Assembly: GCA_004524535.1 (NCBI GenBank)
Contig: SDNY01000065.1
Coordinates: forward strand, 1 to 20,198
Direction: 5' to 3'
DNA: 20,198 nt
Origin: Promethearchaeota archaeon
Lineage (GTDB): Archaea; Asgardarchaeota; Lokiarchaeia; Sigyniarchaeales; SOKP01
Position numbers and translations under genes: made by a program. Positions 8,665 through 17,451 of this stretch are shown here, one piece after another (position 1 is the stretch's first letter; the number at the start of each line of letters is the position of its first letter). The notes beneath the pieces were generated by a model, which was given only the letters and a program-made list of their open reading frames with translations, had not been told where the DNA came from and made no database searches.

Positions 8665-10722
8665 ATGAAAATTTTATTAATTCATACGGAAAATATCGAG
8701 GTTACAAAAAACAAAGAGGCGACATCGAATCCTCAAGATTTTAAAGAAGATATAATTAAAATGGATGGATTAATCTTAGTCGCTTTTGTGTCTGTTGAGG
8801 ATCAAGACACTTATGATACGGATATTATAGCTCAACAAGGAGCACAAGTAATTGAAGAAGCAATTCTTCTAATAACTGGCTTTCCCGAAAAAGTAAGGAA
8901 AAAAAATGAAGAAATAAGACAATACAATAAAAAAATCGAATCAGGAAAAGTTAAAGGTAAGCCGAGGAAAAGTATTGAATTAATTAAAAATAGAGAGATG
9001 TATCAGATAGATAAAGTTCTAGTTTATCCTTGGGCACATTTAAGTAAATTTCTTAGCAATGACGCAAATGCTATGGAAGTATGTCCTAAGATCGCTCGAA
9101 TATTAGAAGAGAAGGGCATTGAAGCTAAATATTCTCCTTTTGGATGGTACAAATCGTTTAAAATAAATTGTATTGGCCACGAAGTAGCTGAAATGTATAG
9201 AGATGTAAAACTTTATATCCAGCCAGAAGAACATATCGAAACAGCTCAGTTTTTTGTTTTAACTCCTGATGGAAAAGAGATTGAAATAAAAAAAGACGGA
9301 GAAAAGAGCATTCTACCAATAAAGGAAATAGATGATGATTTCTATATCTTTTTAAAGTCAGAACTAGGAACAAGAAGAGCTGATACGGGCATCGAACCTG
9401 CTCATATCAAAATAATGAAAGAATTTGAGCTTTTGGATTTTGAAAAAAACTCAGATGCTGGAAACTTGCGTTGGTATACAAAAGGCGTAATTTTAAAGAA
9501 CCTAATAAAAAACTATTTGGATGATAAACTAATCGACTTTGGAGCAATTTTTGTTGATACACCTGTTATGTATACCGTTAAAAATAAAAAATTAACTGCT
9601 CAGACTGCGAGATTCCCCGCTAGAACTTATTGGGTTGAATCAGGAAATAATCGATTTTTACTTAGATTTGCAGGTGATTTTTTGCAGTTTGATATGTTCA
9701 GCGGGATGAATTTGAAACCTTCCTATTTCCCGCTACGCTTATATGAATGGGAACAATATGATTTTAGAAGAGAACAAGAAGGAGAATTAACTGGTTTAAG
9801 GCGATTACGAGGGTTTGTGATGCCAGATTTTCATACTCTTTGCAAGGACTTGGACTCCTCAGTGGAAGAATTCAAGAAACAATATGAGTTAGACCAACGC
9901 GTTGCTGAAGATTTAGGAATTAATGACCATTTAATTTTCAGGACAACTCACGATTTTTACAAAGGGAATAAAAATTGGATCAAGGAATTAATAAAAAAGG
10001 AGAATAAACCTGCCTTGTTGGAACTCTGGGATGACAGATATTATTATTTTGTTTTGAAATTTGAAAGAGGAGTCTTATCTGCTCAAAATAAAAGCGGAAC
10101 ATTAGCGACAATTCAAATTGATGTGGAAAGTACCTTAGAATTTTTAGAAGAAAAAGATGGTAAGAAAAGAGAAAAATACAATATCTCCTTCATTGATAAT
10201 GATGGGACTAAAAAGCATCCAATAATTCTCCACAATTCACCTTCGGGAGGCTTAGAGAGAGTACTATGGGGGCTACTTGAAACTGCAATTAGAGAAAAAG
10301 AAAGAATAGTTCCGGGATTTAAAACATGGTTAGCTCCAATTCAAATTAGAGTTTTGACAGTAAGCGATGACCAAAATGAATATGCAGAAAAAATTATGAA
10401 ATTACTTAATGAACAAGGATATCGAACTGATTTTGATGATCGAGAGGAGAAATTAGGTAAAAAGATACGTCAAGCTGAAATTGAATGGATTCCCTATATC
10501 ATAATCTTAGGAAAAAAGGAACAAGAGAATGAATCGATTTCAATTCGAAAGCGTTTAATCGGCAAACCCTTTGGACCTAAGAAAAATACTGCTGAGCAAA
10601 TAAATAATATTACGTTAGAAAATTTATTAGAAATATTGGAAGCCGATACAAAAGGTTATCCTAAATATAAATTACCCATTCCATTTAGGAAATACTCTAC
10701 TAAAATATTTTTTAGAAAATAA
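8665..10722 (+). CDS. thrS: Threonine--tRNA ligase, archaeal type with N-terminal editing domain
   Basis: MKILLIH, VYPWAHLS and PFGWYK editing domain; SDAGNLRW, FRREQ.GEL.GL.RLR.F.MPD.H, ILH.SPSG..ER; anticodon-binding domain LGKKIR.AE.EWIPY. Confidence 0.97.
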   Translation: MKILLIHTENIEVTKNKEATSNPQDFKEDIIKMDGLILVAFVSVEDQDTYDTDIIAQQGAQVIEEAILLITGFPEKVRKKNEEIRQYNKKIESGKVKGKPRKSIELIKNREMYQIDKVLVYPWAHLSKFLSNDANAMEVCPKIARILEEKGIEAKYSPFGWYKSFKINCIGHEVAEMYRDVKLYIQPEEHIETAQFFVLTPDGKEIEIKKDGEKSILPIKEIDDDFYIFLKSELGTRRADTGIEPAHIKIMKEFELLDFEKNSDAGNLRWYTKGVILKNLIKNYLDDKLIDFGAIFVDTPVMYTVKNKKLTAQTARFPARTYWVESGNNRFLLRFAGDFLQFDMFSGMNLKPSYFPLRLYEWEQYDFRREQEGELTGLRRLRGFVMPDFHTLCKDLDSSVEEFKKQYELDQRVAEDLGINDHLIFRTTHDFYKGNKNWIKELIKKENKPALLELWDDRYYYFVLKFERGVLSAQNKSGTLATIQIDVESTLEFLEEKDGKKREKYNISFIDNDGTKKHPIILHNSPSGGLERVLWGLLETAIREKERIVPGFKTWLAPIQIRVLTVSDDQNEYAEKIMKLLNEQGYRTDFDDREEKLGKKIRQAEIEWIPYIIILGKKEQENESISIRKRLIGKPFGPKKNTAEQINNITLENLLEILEADTKGYPKYKLPIPFRKYSTKIFFRK

Positions 10723-10740
10723 GCTTGTTTTTCATGAAAT

Positions 10741-11367
10741 ATGACGATAAAAGCGTTAATTTTTGATTTAGGAGATGTTCTTGTTGAATTGGATTTTTCA
10801 AATTTTTATAAAAAAGTAGCATCCGTATCGCCACAAGGAGAAAATCTTCTTACTCCCAAGATGTTAGAATTTTTTAGACAATCTGATTTATACCATCAAG
10901 GGAAAATGAACGATAATGAATTTTATAAACTTGCGTGTGATATATTTCAGGTATGCATGTTAGATCAGTCTGAGTTTTATGAAGCTTTTAATAGTATTGT
11001 CTCCCATCCTATAACTGAGGTGGTTGAATTACTTAAAAAATTAAAAGAAATTAAGAAATATAAACTAATAGCTTTATCAAATGTGAATGCTAGCCACTGG
11101 AATTATATATTAACTAAAAATTGGAAATTCTTAGAATATTTCGATGAGCTTATTTTATCATACCAACTTCATATGACTAAACCTGATCCTAAAATCTTCA
11201 AATACGCAGTTAAAAAAGCTAATTGTAAACCCATAGAAATTGTATTCATTGATGATGGATTTAACAACGTGCGTTCAGCTAAAGAATTAGGAATGATAGG
11301 AATTCATTTTACAAATGTGAAAATGTTAATGAAAGAATTTGAAAAATTAAAAATAGTGTTGAATTAA
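10741..11367 (+). CDS. HAD-family phosphatase (YihX-like)
   Basis: Motif I FDLGDVL, motif II LSN, KPDP, and motif IV FIDD...NV. Confidence 0.92.
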   Translation: MTIKALIFDLGDVLVELDFSNFYKKVASVSPQGENLLTPKMLEFFRQSDLYHQGKMNDNEFYKLACDIFQVCMLDQSEFYEAFNSIVSHPITEVVELLKKLKEIKKYKLIALSNVNASHWNYILTKNWKFLEYFDELILSYQLHMTKPDPKIFKYAVKKANCKPIEIVFIDDGFNNVRSAKELGMIGIHFTNVKMLMKEFEKLKIVLN

Positions 11368-11921
11368 ATCTCCAAGGTTTTAAGGCATGATTTTGCTATA
11401 GAGGTAAACGCATTCTCAACATTATCTCCTGTCTTTGCAGATGTTTCTAAATAATCGCACCCTAGCCTTTTTGCTAAATCTATAGCTTCTGCTTTATCTA
11501 CTTGACGTTCCAAATCGCTTTTATTGCCCAACAGAATCATAGGAATGTTTTTTTTAACTGTTTTTTTTATAGATGAGACCCACCCAGGAATCTTCAAAAG
11601 CGATTGGGGACGGGTGAGGTCAAATACTCCTAAAGCGGCATTACTCCCTTTAAAATAGATCGTACGAAGCTTATGGAACTGAGGCTGTCCTCCGATATCC
11701 CAAAGTAAGAGACGCACAAGCTTACCCCCAATATCAACATCTTTAATTAGGAAATTAGAACCGATAGTTTTTTTCAAATCCTCTGAAAAATTATCTTTTA
11801 CGAAACGTAACAGAAGACTGGTCTTACCAACGCCTCCCGGTCCAAATAATTTAGTCCCTTGAGACTAAGAGTCTCGAGATGTGACCTTGAACTTGTATTC
11901 CGATGATGGTTCTTCTGACAT
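11364..11921 (-). CDS. Rab/Ras-like small GTPase interrupted by a 30-nt insertion (exon 1 11921-11881, exon 2 11850-11364; 175 aa when joined)
   Basis: Joined sequence: MSEEPSSEYKFKVTLFGPGGVGKTSLLLRFVKDNFSEDLKKTIG...WDIGGQ...NKSD...TSAK. The track ORF starts at 11777 and misses the P-loop because of the in-frame TAG at 11867-11865. Confidence 0.92.
11851..11880 (-). other. Putative bulge-helix-bulge (archaeal endonuclease-type) mRNA intron, 30 nt
   Basis: Central helix GGUC/GACU, 3-nt bulges ACA and AAA, intron stem UCUCGAGAC/GUCUCAAGG (one C-A mismatch), exon stem AA/UU plus CAAGU/AUUUG. It contains an in-frame UAG, and its removal restores the conserved beta1/P-loop. Confidence 0.85.
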
Positions 11922-12099
11922 TTTTATATTACCACTTAATATAACCTTTTTAAAGTTAATAAAAATTGATCTTGTTTTTCTTCTTTAATTATTATTTGAT
12001 ATTATTCTTTATAGATATTTATATGTTTATAATAATGTTAAACAAAAAATTATTTTTAATCTAATTTGGAAACAAATATAATAATTTTTATTTTTCTAT

Positions 12100-13458
12100 T
12101 TATTCTTTAATTTCCTTCTTTTTTTTAAAAGTTTCCTTAATTTTTTCTTTTGCAGCGGAAACTTCTTTCACTACATATCCCTCAATCTTTTTTGCTTCTT
12201 TTTTCACACTTTCACCTGTCTTTTGTCCTATTCTACCTATTTGTATCATGATCCATTCAGGGGATCCAACACCGTGACCGTATTCATTCCAGATATACAT
12301 TAAGAATCCAAGAAATCCAATATAAGCTAAGCATACAAAAGGGAAGATAACGATATTAAATTGTCCAATGAACAATGTGATAAAAACATACTCAACTAAA
12401 AACAGGCTAAGAGAAATCTTGCCATAGTACTCAATGCAGGATGTAAATTTATTATCATGTTTTTTAATGTCTATGAGATAAAAACAAATAGCAATAATTA
12501 GGAGCGCAGCACCTTGGTTATAAAACATATTCCCAATAGTACCCCTTATTAAAAATTCAGGCATACCCGGAAAATGATAATAATTTTGTTTATTCATAAT
12601 TGTATATAATCTTAAGTGAGGATATTCAGATTCCACCATGGTCTCAGGAGTTTGTAATTGCCAACCTAATATTAATCCAGATATGAGAAATATTAGCCCC
12701 CAAATTAAAAATAATCGAAATAAGCGGAAATAAGCTTCTTCAGTTCCCATCATCATGGCATCGTAAAGATATTCACCAAATATACTTGAAATGAAGCACA
12801 CTGCGAGCCATGGGAAAAGTGTTATTTCGGGAGTTGGTGATGTAACAATAAAATGTGACAGCCATATTAATGGATTAGAATCCTTTTCTAAATAGAGAAA
12901 TTCTCTAAAAAATGGTGAAATAAGAATAATAATAATCCCAATAATAGCACGGGGCCATTTTTTCAGTTTTACAGCGTAATATGTGAAGATCTGAGAAAAA
13001 CCGATAAACATAAGAATGTTCCAACCCCATAGATTTAAAGGAAATGCAATATCAGGACGTACCGCACTCAAACCTATTAGATTAAATAGCATTCCGATTA
13101 CTATTATCGTAAGTCCGCGAGAAAAGATCCTGTTTCGAATAACTTTATCTGGCAATTTCCCTTGTTTTCTCCTAATACTGAATATTACACTAAGAGCTGA
13201 TAAAAAAATGAATAAGGAAGGCCCTAATATATCAAGTGCAGCGTAAACCATACCATGTATATATATCCAATCTGAATCGAACCATACCATCGATGTATGC
13301 GCAATAATTATAAATACAATCGCAAAACCCTTTACGAAATCTATTGAATTAATTCGCTGGGGAGATGCATAATCTCGAATATCTTCAATTGGTATATCCT
13401 CTTTAAGATAGCTTATAAGATCAGACATGGGTTTTTTTTTTTCTTCTTCTGATGACAT
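12100..13458 (-). CDS. Membrane acyltransferase, HGSNAT/DUF1624-like
   Basis: N-terminal RINSIDFVKGFAIVFIIIAH, plus P.LF.FLS, R..RG, W.IL..IG and LFPW motifs, and many TM helices. Confidence 0.8.
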   Translation of the reverse strand: MSSEEEKKKPMSDLISYLKEDIPIEDIRDYASPQRINSIDFVKGFAIVFIIIAHTSMVWFDSDWIYIHGMVYAALDILGPSLFIFLSALSVIFSIRRKQGKLPDKVIRNRIFSRGLTIIVIGMLFNLIGLSAVRPDIAFPLNLWGWNILMFIGFSQIFTYYAVKLKKWPRAIIGIIIILISPFFREFLYLEKDSNPLIWLSHFIVTSPTPEITLFPWLAVCFISSIFGEYLYDAMMMGTEEAYFRLFRLFLIWGLIFLISGLILGWQLQTPETMVESEYPHLRLYTIMNKQNYYHFPGMPEFLIRGTIGNMFYNQGAALLIIAICFYLIDIKKHDNKFTSCIEYYGKISLSLFLVEYVFITLFIGQFNIVIFPFVCLAYIGFLGFLMYIWNEYGHGVGSPEWIMIQIGRIGQKTGESVKKEAKKIEGYVVKEVSAAKEKIKETFKKKKEIKE

Positions 13459-13642
13459 TTTATTATTAAATAATAAAACTTATTTCCTTAAAAATCTAAA
13501 ATTTCTTTTTATATACTTTGAAATTAGTTTATTTTTTTTATGAGTTGAATATCTTCTGTAAAATGCTATTAATAAATATAATCATATTAAGAATGGATTA
13601 TTATTATCATTAGATTACGGTAGTTTTACTTTTGTGTTGTTT

Positions 13643-14947
13643 TTACTGATTTAATAAAGTAAAATTATTCCTTTTTAAGATGTTTATAATTTCAGCCATT
13701 CTTTTTTTTGAAGATTTGGAATCTTTTGTTTTAGTAGCGATAAAACAAGAATATTGATTATTTATATCGTGATTTGAATTTTGAAATTTAATTGGAGGAG
13801 TAACTAGCTCAGGAATTTCTTTCATTAATATAGGGGTTTTATGATCTATTACATCTAGTTCTGTTTCATTATTGAGATAATTTAATTCTATTCTTGAGAA
13901 TTGGGAAAAATTTTTTAAATTTAACTCGGAAGAACTTAAAGAGTTCAATTTAGCATCCCAGATCAGTTCAGCTGGGTTTTTGTCAATGACATTTCGTATC
14001 CCTATGTATGAAGTTGTTAATCTTGGATTTATTTCTATGAAACCAATTGATTTATCTGCTTTTTCTATGAAATCAATTCCATAATAGCCAGAAAATTTTG
14101 AAAGATTTATTTTATCAAAAAGAATATTTAATGTATTTCTTATTTGTTTACAATTTTCTACAGGAGTATGCCCCCCAAAATATTCAGATTCGCTATTTAG
14201 ATTTTTTATTTGGATATTTTGAGCGTTTACGCTTAAAATGAGATGGTTATTTGAACTACCTATTAAAGATACACTTAAATCTCTGCCTTCAACAAATTCT
14301 TGAAGTATAAAATTTCTTCTGATCTCTATGTTATCATCTTGATCATAAAAAAAGTCGATAATCTGTTGTTTACTTTCGAAATAAAAAATATCTTCAGCTC
14401 CTACACCATCTTCTGGTTTTATTACAATAGGCCTTTTTAATTCCTTAAATTTTTGAATAATGAAGTCTTTATCTAATTTACCATTATTATTAGGAATCAA
14501 ATGGGTTCTAGGAGTGTTAAGGTTGTTTGATTTAAGGAACTTATAAGTTTTAAATTTTGATGAGCCGAGTTTAATTCCTTCTAGATCTACACTTAAAAGT
14601 TTTTTATCATTATCTTTAACAATTTTAGTTAAATCGAACAAGATATTGGAGAATTCTGGAGCGATTACATAACAATATTCACTTTCTTTAACAAATTTTT
14701 TAAACTTTTTAAGATAATTGTCATGATATTCTACTTGTTCAATAAAGTCAGCTTTTAAGTACTTAATTAAGGGCTTTTGGATTCTATAATCTAAAAGAGT
14801 TTTTATTTCAAAATCTATCAAGTTAAAATCTGCGATGATTGATCTTAGCATCCCATATCCTTCGCAAAATAGAGAGGCCGGGATGTCAACTTGATTAAAG
14901 CCTCCACCTGAGACAAATTCAAATAAAAAGATAGTACTTTTCTTCAT
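13643..14947 (-). CDS. ATP-grasp ligase, MfnD (tyramine--glutamate ligase)/COG1821-like
   Basis: FEFVSGGG...EG.GML, VIAPE, KPEDGVGA, QEFVEG...SVS, LSVN.Q, GYYGID and IEINPRLTTSY motifs. Confidence 0.85.
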   Translation of the reverse strand: MKKSTIFLFEFVSGGGFNQVDIPASLFCEGYGMLRSIIADFNLIDFEIKTLLDYRIQKPLIKYLKADFIEQVEYHDNYLKKFKKFVKESEYCYVIAPEFSNILFDLTKIVKDNDKKLLSVDLEGIKLGSSKFKTYKFLKSNNLNTPRTHLIPNNNGKLDKDFIIQKFKELKRPIVIKPEDGVGAEDIFYFESKQQIIDFFYDQDDNIEIRRNFILQEFVEGRDLSVSLIGSSNNHLILSVNAQNIQIKNLNSESEYFGGHTPVENCKQIRNTLNILFDKINLSKFSGYYGIDFIEKADKSIGFIEINPRLTTSYIGIRNVIDKNPAELIWDAKLNSLSSSELNLKNFSQFSRIELNYLNNETELDVIDHKTPILMKEIPELVTPPIKFQNSNHDINNQYSCFIATKTKDSKSSKKRMAEIINILKRNNFTLLNQ

Positions 14948-15072
14948 TTTTATGATTGTAATTTCATTTTTATGATTTTTAAAGATAAGTCTTTCATATC
15001 TTTTAATTAAATTTAATAAAAAATAATAAATATCATACTTAACTCAAATTTAAGAAAAAACTTTATTATATT

Positions 15073-16314
15073 ATGTCGTTTTTTTTTCCAGAAAGTAAAA
15101 TGCAGAGAATTAGATTTCTGCATTTCAAGATTAAGCATTTAGAAGAAGCGTTAGAAAAAGAGGATGAGGACTTTACCATAGATGATTTAAACCTAATTTT
15201 AGAATATACAATGTTTTTAAATGTAAACTATAAAGATGGTAATCATAAAAGAATTTTAGAAGATTTAGATATAACCTCTTCATTTCACGATCCCGTAATG
15301 GATAAAGATATAGAAATAAATGATTTAATTTTTGAATGCGCTCGAGCTCTATGGGTTTTGGGAAAAGCTTATACTAAACTTTCAGAAAATTTTGAAGATG
15401 AGGAAGAATGGGAAGATGCTATAATTGCGATGGTAGAATGTAGCAAGATGTATAAAACAGCTGCTTATTTTAGTGCAGCCGCTACTAATCAGCAAGAAAA
15501 AGGTAAAGCTCTACTTCCTGAGAATCTAGAATTGAATTCAGAAGAAGCTCGGGTGTTGGCTCAAAGTATTGCTGCCTCAAAAGAGGAAGAAAATAATAAT
15601 TTATATTTCGCCTCAAAACTATATTCAGGTCTTTCAATACTATCAAAAAGATTGTTTTACTTAAAGAAACACGAAGAGTTAAAAAAACAACAAATAAGAG
15701 CTCAATTTCATTATGATATGGGAAAAGCTTGTCTTTTAAAAGCACAAGCTTCTTTTGAATCTTCAATAACAAATATAAATAAAGAAAAAGTAAAGAAGTT
15801 AAAACAAAAAGCTCAATTTTACTTTATAAAAGCTAAGGATATTTGGAAAAATATGTTAAAGAATATAAAAAGTCTTTCAAAAGAAGAGATTGAAAGTATA
15901 GACATTAATATATCCGTAGTTAAGAATAATCTGAAATCAATTGACGATGAGATTTTAGATTACGAGGAAATAAAAAGAATTCAAGATCCCGAACCTGTTA
16001 TTGTTATTCCTGAAAATCTAGCGCCATTTGTGCCTAAATCAACTATTTATCTCACTAAATTTGTTCCAAAGGATTTAAATATTAAGAGATTTAAAAATTT
16101 TAAGAATAAAAAGCTTCAAAAAAAGATTCCATATAGTAGAAAAGAAAAACTAATAAATAAGAAAGCTGGATTAATTAGAACTCTCGCCGAATTAAAACAA
16201 TTAAAGGAAAATAAAGAAATTGAAGCGGATAAATTCGCTGAGCTCATGGAAAAATATTCCACAAAACTTCAAATGATTGATACAGCCATTGAGAAATTAT
16301 CATCTAAGTCTTAA
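15073..16314 (+). CDS. All-helical protein with probable Bro1-like/TPR-like domain and C-terminal helical hairpin
   Basis: Long clean ORF. Its motif order resembles the Bro1 domain (see findings). The coding call is secure; the domain call is inference. Confidence 0.6.
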   Translation: MSFFFPESKMQRIRFLHFKIKHLEEALEKEDEDFTIDDLNLILEYTMFLNVNYKDGNHKRILEDLDITSSFHDPVMDKDIEINDLIFECARALWVLGKAYTKLSENFEDEEEWEDAIIAMVECSKMYKTAAYFSAAATNQQEKGKALLPENLELNSEEARVLAQSIAASKEEENNNLYFASKLYSGLSILSKRLFYLKKHEELKKQQIRAQFHYDMGKACLLKAQASFESSITNINKEKVKKLKQKAQFYFIKAKDIWKNMLKNIKSLSKEEIESIDINISVVKNNLKSIDDEILDYEEIKRIQDPEPVIVIPENLAPFVPKSTIYLTKFVPKDLNIKRFKNFKNKKLQKKIPYSRKEKLINKKAGLIRTLAELKQLKENKEIEADKFAELMEKYSTKLQMIDTAIEKLSSKS

Positions 16315-16364
16315 TTTTTCTTTTTGATATTCTCATTTTTATTTAAAGAACAATTTATCTAATA

Positions 16365-16625
16365 ATGTCTGAAAAATTAGCATTATTAAAGGATATAAGA
16401 AATATATTATCGGATTTAGTTTATGTGAATGGGATAATCGCAACTGAATGTATAAGAATTACAGAAAATACCGCAGTTTTACGCCATGGAGAAGAATTCT
16501 TAAAGAACAGTTCATGTATCCAAGAACATAATCTATTAAATGAACGGATTGTGGGTATAGTAAAAAAGTACTGTGATGAGACTACTTGCTTAGAAAAACA
16601 TGTTTTAAAACATTTAGAAAGTTAA
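16365..16625 (+). CDS. Hypothetical helical protein
   Basis: 86-aa ORF co-oriented within a run of + strand genes, with several His/Cys/Glu residues. Confidence 0.7.
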   Translation: MSEKLALLKDIRNILSDLVYVNGIIATECIRITENTAVLRHGEEFLKNSSCIQEHNLLNERIVGIVKKYCDETTCLEKHVLKHLES

Positions 16626-16670
16626 TTAATATTAAAATATAGAAGTAATATAAATTGATTTGGTTATATA

Positions 16671-17402
16671 ATGGTTGATATTAAAATAGAAAATATTGAT
16701 ATTCCAATAAAAGATGATAATATTTTTCTTAAGGGCTCTATCTATTTTACTGAAAAAACACCTCCCAAAGCTCCATGGATAATTACTTGTGCTGGTTTTG
16801 GATATCATAGAGGTAGTAAATTCGTTAAATCTTATACTGAAAGATTTGTAAAAGCAGGATATTATGTTTTATCTTTTGATTACCGGGGTCATGGAGAAAC
16901 TGTAAGACAAACAGGTGAACTCCTCTCTAAGAAATTATTTGATATGTTTCCAAAAATTTTTTCAGATATTAATAAAGTAATTAGCTGGATATTGGAAGAA
17001 CAATCTAATAGACTATTAGAAGATAAAATTGCATTATTTGGGAGAAGTTTAGGCGGTGCAATTATATTAACTCATGGTTTTATTGATAAAAGGGCAAAAA
17101 TTCTGATTGCATTATGTTCTCGGTATGATTATGAAATCCATAGAATAAAATTTCCTAAAGAATTAATAAAAAAAATTAGTCCAAAATGGTTTTTAAGAAA
17201 AGATCCTTCAAATAATAATCGAATTCTAATTGCTCATTGTCGAGATGATGAAACAGTTCCGTTTGAGAATTTACTTCATATTAAAAAACACCTTGGATTA
17301 AATAACGAGAATGCTATTGTATTCGATACCGGAGGTCATTCTTTTAAGGAGCATAGAGATGAGATTTTTGAGAAATCCATTGAATTCTTAAAAAAATTAT
17401 AA
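16671..17402 (+). CDS. Alpha/beta-fold hydrolase
   Basis: FDYRGHGET, nucleophile elbow GRSLGG, Asp in DDETVP, His in GGH. Confidence 0.92.
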   Translation: MVDIKIENIDIPIKDDNIFLKGSIYFTEKTPPKAPWIITCAGFGYHRGSKFVKSYTERFVKAGYYVLSFDYRGHGETVRQTGELLSKKLFDMFPKIFSDINKVISWILEEQSNRLLEDKIALFGRSLGGAIILTHGFIDKRAKILIALCSRYDYEIHRIKFPKELIKKISPKWFLRKDPSNNNRILIAHCRDDETVPFENLLHIKKHLGLNNENAIVFDTGGHSFKEHRDEIFEKSIEFLKKL

Positions 17403-17451
17403 GAAAAGAAGTAATAAATTAAATATCAAATTATAAAAAAGTGAACCAAAT

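Noticed and set aside
9158-9373. 71-aa - strand ORF
   Set aside because: Antisense within thrS.
11364-11367. Overlapping stop codons of the convergent HAD and GTPase genes
   Set aside because: A shared TTAA overlap is common in compact AT-rich genomes.
11865-11867. TAG as pyrrolysine or readthrough codon in the GTPase
   Set aside because: Readthrough would leave 10 extra residues in the middle of the core beta1 strand next to the P-loop. Precise excision explains the sequence better.
11851-11883. Insert as a MITE footprint or library adapter (GTCTCG and AGATGTG resemble pieces of Nextera adapters)
   Set aside because: There is no target-site duplication, the adapter-like matches are only 6-7 nt and partly exonic, and the insert pairs specifically with the flanking exon. 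A read check is still advisable.
13016-13246. 76-aa + strand ORF
   Set aside because: Antisense within the acyltransferase gene.
15485-15772. 95-aa - strand ORF
   Set aside because: Antisense within the Bro1-like gene.
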